Positions 60,572 to 64,000 of a stretch of DNA of 64,000 nucleotides are shown here, in pieces. Position 1 is the stretch's first letter; the number at the start of each line of letters is the position of its first letter. Below the pieces are notes generated by a model. It made no database searches. It was not told the origin of the DNA and worked only from the letters and a program-made list of their open reading frames with translations. Source of the stretch: an uncultured delta proteobacterium (GTDB taxonomy: Bacteria > Desulfobacterota > Binatia > Binatales > Binataceae); contig CAVRVY010000002.1 in the NCBI GenBank assembly GCA_963724765.1, positions 128,001 to 192,000 of the forward strand, given 5' to 3'. The translations under genes and the position numbers were made by a program.

Positions 60572-61372
60572 CTATGCCGGGGCCGCTGTGCGCCGGCCGA
60601 TTTCGTAGCGGGCGAGCGCGCACAGCCGCTCGTAGAGCCGAGCCATGCGGCGCGGCACCACGGCGTTCGGCCGCGAGCGGTTAAGCTCGGCCACCGCGAA
60701 TTCGCGGTCGATTCTGACTCCCAGCCGGCGCTCCAGTTCAGCGTCCGCGCAATGATCGAGCAACTGGTCGTAATGGACGAACAGCCAATCGCCGCCCTGT
60801 GGGTAATGCACCTCCAGGATGTAGCGATACATCGCCTCCCACACCTTGAGCGCCCAGCGTTCGTCCACCGCCGTGCCCTTCATGTGGTCCGCGCGCTTGC
60901 ATTCGCGAACGGTACTAGACGCTGTGACGCTGGGGTCGCGAAAAACACACAGCAGGAGAGCGTCGCCGATATAGGGCCGCCAGGCCGGCAGGGTGTACGA
61001 GAACCTCGGATCCTTGAAGCAGAAGGGCTGGTGCGCCGTGACCGCCGCGATCCGCTCGCTCATCGCGGGCGGGCAGGTGATCGACACGCTGGGACTCAGC
61101 GCCGCGACCCAGTGCTGGTAGTTGCCGAGCAGCGGGACGTCGCCGAGCAAGAGTTTGCGCAGCCCGCGGGGCGGCGTCTTCGGGGCCACCGGCGCGATCA
61201 GTTCGTCGTTGATCTTGTTGACCTCGCGGTCCTCGAAGTAGCCCTTGGGATTGCCGCTGTCAGGAGGCCACAATTCCTCGCCCATGAAATAGCCGGTACT
61301 TGCGAGAATTCCGGCCGCCATGCTGGTGCCGCTGCGGCCGGAACCCAGGATCAGGCAGTTACGCTGATTCAT
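60572..61372 (-). CDS. Sulfotransferase family protein
   Basis: ILGSGRSGTS PAPS-binding loop, NPKGYFED, FKDPRF, FRDP. Confidence 0.85.
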   Translation of the reverse strand: MNQRNCLILGSGRSGTSMAAGILASTGYFMGEELWPPDSGNPKGYFEDREVNKINDELIAPVAPKTPPRGLRKLLLGDVPLLGNYQHWVAALSPSVSITCPPAMSERIAAVTAHQPFCFKDPRFSYTLPAWRPYIGDALLLCVFRDPSVTASSTVRECKRADHMKGTAVDERWALKVWEAMYRYILEVHYPQGGDWLFVHYDQLLDHCADAELERRLGVRIDREFAVAELNRSRPNAVVPRRMARLYERLCALARYEIGRRTAAPA

Positions 61373-61381
61373 CGCGCGACG

Positions 61382-62482
61382 CTAGTACAGTGCGAGCGGC
61401 GCTCCGCCGGCGAGCAGTTCTTCGGCGAAGCCGGTATGGCTGGAGGGCGCGCGCGGGATCTCGAGCAGTCCCTTGCGGCGCATCGCTCCAAGCGCCGCTT
61501 GACGCGGCAGAAGCGCGTACCATGCCCTGAGCACATCGTCGCGTTCGGCGGCCGGCGCGCTGCCGTTGGAGCCCGGGGGCGGTCCATTTTCAAAAATCGC
61601 GCGAAGCTGATGGCGCAGCACCGGCCGCGAGAGGCTCGGCTGGTAACGCAGCGCGCAGAACAACGCGCGCCGCGCTTCCTGCATATCGCCCGCTTCCACG
61701 CAGCGCAGTCCCTTTACTGTCAGCAGCCAGTGGTACAACGCCGCGCTGCGCCGCGCCAGCTTGTCGCCCGGCTCGCCGTAGCGCTTGCGCATGCGCGCCG
61801 CGAATAGCTCGAAGCCGGGCGCGTACTTGCGCATCCGCTCGACCATCGGGGCGAGCCGGTAGTTCACCAGCGGCTCGGGCACGAAGGCGAAATCGCCCAG
61901 CTCGCGCAACAGGAACCAAAGCTCGGTGTCCTCGAAACCGGCGGCGCTCTTGTATTCCTCGGCGAAGCCGCCGACCCGGTCGAAGACCCAACGGCGGATG
62001 GTCACGCTGCTCGGCAGGATCGGCCACCATCCCTCCTCCAGCAGGTCCTCCATCAGCGGTGGCCGCGCCATTCCCGGATGCAGGTATGTGGGCGCGAGCG
62101 CAAGGCCGTTGTTGTCGACCGGCACCACGTCGGAAAACGACATGGTGGTGGTTGGATGGGTTTGCAGGGCCTCCACCGTTTTGGTCAGCCGCCCCGCGAG
62201 CCACACGTCATCAGCATCCAGGAAGGCCACGAAATGGCCCTGCGCATGGTCGACGCCGTAGTTGCGCGACGCTGCGAGCCCGCGATTTTTTTTTCTGCGG
62301 ATGACCCTGATGCGGTCGCCGTAACCGGCCAGCACGCGGGGAGTGGCGTCGCGCGAGCCGTCGTCCACCACGACCACCTCGAAGCTCTCGAATTGCTGCG
62401 CGAGCACGCTGTCGATCGCGCGTGCGACGCATCCCTCGCCGTTGTAAACGGCGATTATCGCCGAGACCAGTGGCGCTGACAT
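61382..62482 (-). CDS. GT2 family glycosyltransferase
   Basis: VSAIIAVYN, VDDGS, GLAASRN, FLDADD, EDTELW. Confidence 0.9.
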   Translation of the reverse strand: MSAPLVSAIIAVYNGEGCVARAIDSVLAQQFESFEVVVVDDGSRDATPRVLAGYGDRIRVIRRKKNRGLAASRNYGVDHAQGHFVAFLDADDVWLAGRLTKTVEALQTHPTTTMSFSDVVPVDNNGLALAPTYLHPGMARPPLMEDLLEEGWWPILPSSVTIRRWVFDRVGGFAEEYKSAAGFEDTELWFLLRELGDFAFVPEPLVNYRLAPMVERMRKYAPGFELFAARMRKRYGEPGDKLARRSAALYHWLLTVKGLRCVEAGDMQEARRALFCALRYQPSLSRPVLRHQLRAIFENGPPPGSNGSAPAAERDDVLRAWYALLPRQAALGAMRRKGLLEIPRAPSSHTGFAEELLAGGAPLALY

Positions 62483-62506
62483 CTCTAGCCGATGAATCCG
62501 GCACCG

Positions 62507-64000
62507 TTAGCCGTTGGCCGCGCCGCGCGCGAGCGCTTCGTCGTCCTCGGGCATGTAAAACTGCAGGTCGCACAGCTTGCGATATGCGCCGTCGAGCGCC
62601 AACAGTTCGTCGTGCGTGCCCTCTTCGACGATCTCGCCGCTGACGATCACAAAGATGCGGTCAGCGCGCCGCACGGTTGAAAGCCGATGGGCAATCATCA
62701 GGGTGGTGCGGTTCACCATCAGCCGCTCGATCGCGTCCTGGACCACGCGCTCGCCCTCGGAGTCCAGGTTCGAGGTCGGTTCGTCAAGGATCAGGATCGG
62801 CGCATTCTTTAGCAGCGCCCGCGCGATCGCAAGCCGCTGCCGTTCGCCGCCCGAAAGCCGCACCCCGAGTTCGCCCACCAGGGTGTCGTAGCGACTAGGC
62901 AGACGGAGGATGAAATCGTGCGCATTGGCGGCCTGGGCGGCCGCGACAACCTCTTCGAAATCCTTGGTGCCGCTGCCATAGGCGATGTTGGCGCGTATCG
63001 TGTCGTTGAACAGAAAAGTGTGCTGCGAGACCAGGCCGATCTCGGCGCGCAACGATTTGAGCGAATAGCGTTTGGCGTCGACGCCGTCGAAAAGCATCAT
63101 GCCCTGCTCGGGGTCATAGAAGCGCGGTATGAGGTCGGACAGCGTCGATTTGCCGCCGCCGCTCATTCCCACCAGCGCCACGGTCTCGCCCGCTCCGATC
63201 TTCAGGTTGATGTTGCGCAGCACCCACTCGCCCTTGGGGTCGTAGCGGAAGCTGACCTTGCGGAACTCGATGCTGTGCGGGCCGTGATTGAGCTCGACCG
63301 TGCCCGGCGCATCGTAGGTTTCGGGCGGATGGTCGATTATCGCGAAGACCCGTTCGGCGGACACCAGGCCTTGCTGGATCGAGTTGTTGGTGCCGGCGAT
63401 CCTTTTAAACGGCCTGTAAATGATCAGCATTGCGCCGATAAACGCCGCGAACGTTCCGGGCGAACGGGTTCCCGCCAGCACCGCAGAGGTTCCGTACCAC
63501 AGAACCAGCACCACTCCGCAGGCGCCCAGGACCTCGATGAACGGACTGCTGAAGGCGCCGGCGCGCAGCACTCGGCGCATGACGCGGAGTTGTTTGTTGA
63601 GCATGGCGCGGAAGCGTTGGGATTCGTAGTCCTCCATGCCGAAGGTCTTGACAACGCGGCAGCCCTGCACCGCCTCCTGCATCAACACCGACAGGTCGCT
63701 CAGCTTACGCTGCGCGTTCTTGGACATCTTGCGCACTCGTCTGGCGACTCCGATGATCGGGAGGATTGCGACCGGAAATACCACGAACGCCAGCAGCGCG
63801 AACCTCCAATCCATCCAGAACAGCCCGCCGATCAGTGCGATCAGCGTCAGGCTGTCGCCGATCAGCGAAAACAGGCTGTTGGTTATGATCGAAGAGGCTT
63901 GCGAAACGTCGGAGAGCGAGCGCGTGAGCAGATTCCCGGTAGGAGTCCAATTGAAAAACGAGAGCGGGAGGCGCTGCAGGCGATCGTTGAACTCGCCGCG
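62507..64000 (-). CDS. MsbA-like lipid/LPS ABC flippase, 5' end outside window
   Basis: Frame open from the window edge (RLQRLPLSFF..TPTGNLLTR); GMSGGGKST, LSGGERQRLAIARA, LDEPTSNLD. Confidence 0.85.
   Translation of the reverse strand, partial: RGEFNDRLQRLPLSFFNWTPTGNLLTRSLSDVSQASSIITNSLFSLIGDSLTLIALIGGLFWMDWRFALLAFVVFPVAILPIIGVARRVRKMSKNAQRKLSDLSVLMQEAVQGCRVVKTFGMEDYESQRFRAMLNKQLRVMRRVLRAGAFSSPFIEVLGACGVVLVLWYGTSAVLAGTRSPGTFAAFIGAMLIIYRPFKRIAGTNNSIQQGLVSAERVFAIIDHPPETYDAPGTVELNHGPHSIEFRKVSFRYDPKGEWVLRNINLKIGAGETVALVGMSGGGKSTLSDLIPRFYDPEQGMMLFDGVDAKRYSLKSLRAEIGLVSQHTFLFNDTIRANIAYGSGTKDFEEVVAAAQAANAHDFILRLPSRYDTLVGELGVRLSGGERQRLAIARALLKNAPILILDEPTSNLDSEGERVVQDAIERLMVNRTTLMIAHRLSTVRRADRIFVIVSGEIVEEGTHDELLALDGAYRKLCDLQFYMPEDDEALARGAANG

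Overview
GC-rich bacterial chromosomal segment. The gene content (three luciferase-like monooxygenases, phoH-ybeY-lnt...prfB order, MoxR/VWA operon, Gram-negative envelope genes) resembles soil Desulfobacterota-related lineages such as Candidatus Binatota; this is inference only. About 55 genes were identified. Housekeeping genes include thiC, moeB, alaS, phoH, ybeY, lnt, prfB (classic +1 frameshift), panE, coaE, smpB, mltG, ruvX and an msbA-like gene. They are interleaved with lower-GC accessory genes: a secreted beta-helix protein, a MASE1 hybrid kinase and a frameshifted Cys-rich repeat gene. I found no tRNA, rRNA, CRISPR array, integrase or transposase. The most notable observations are: (1) an AbiGi/ADP-ribosyltransferase-like gene translationally coupled into the phoH-ybeY-lnt operon; (2) a perfect 21-bp hairpin inserted in frame inside ybeY; (3) a clan GH-A glycoside hydrolase-GT2 fusion coupled to an ABC exporter, a candidate cyclic/oligo-glucan synthesis-export system; (4) a ~400-bp patch of foreign-looking codon usage inside alaS; (5) a shared 15-bp promoter motif upstream of two distant accessory genes; (6) phoH lacking a canonical start codon; (7) three single-lesion disruptions (an amber codon in an antiporter-USP fusion, an 8-bp duplication in htpX, a 1-nt deletion in a hypothetical gene), each of which could be real or an assembly error.
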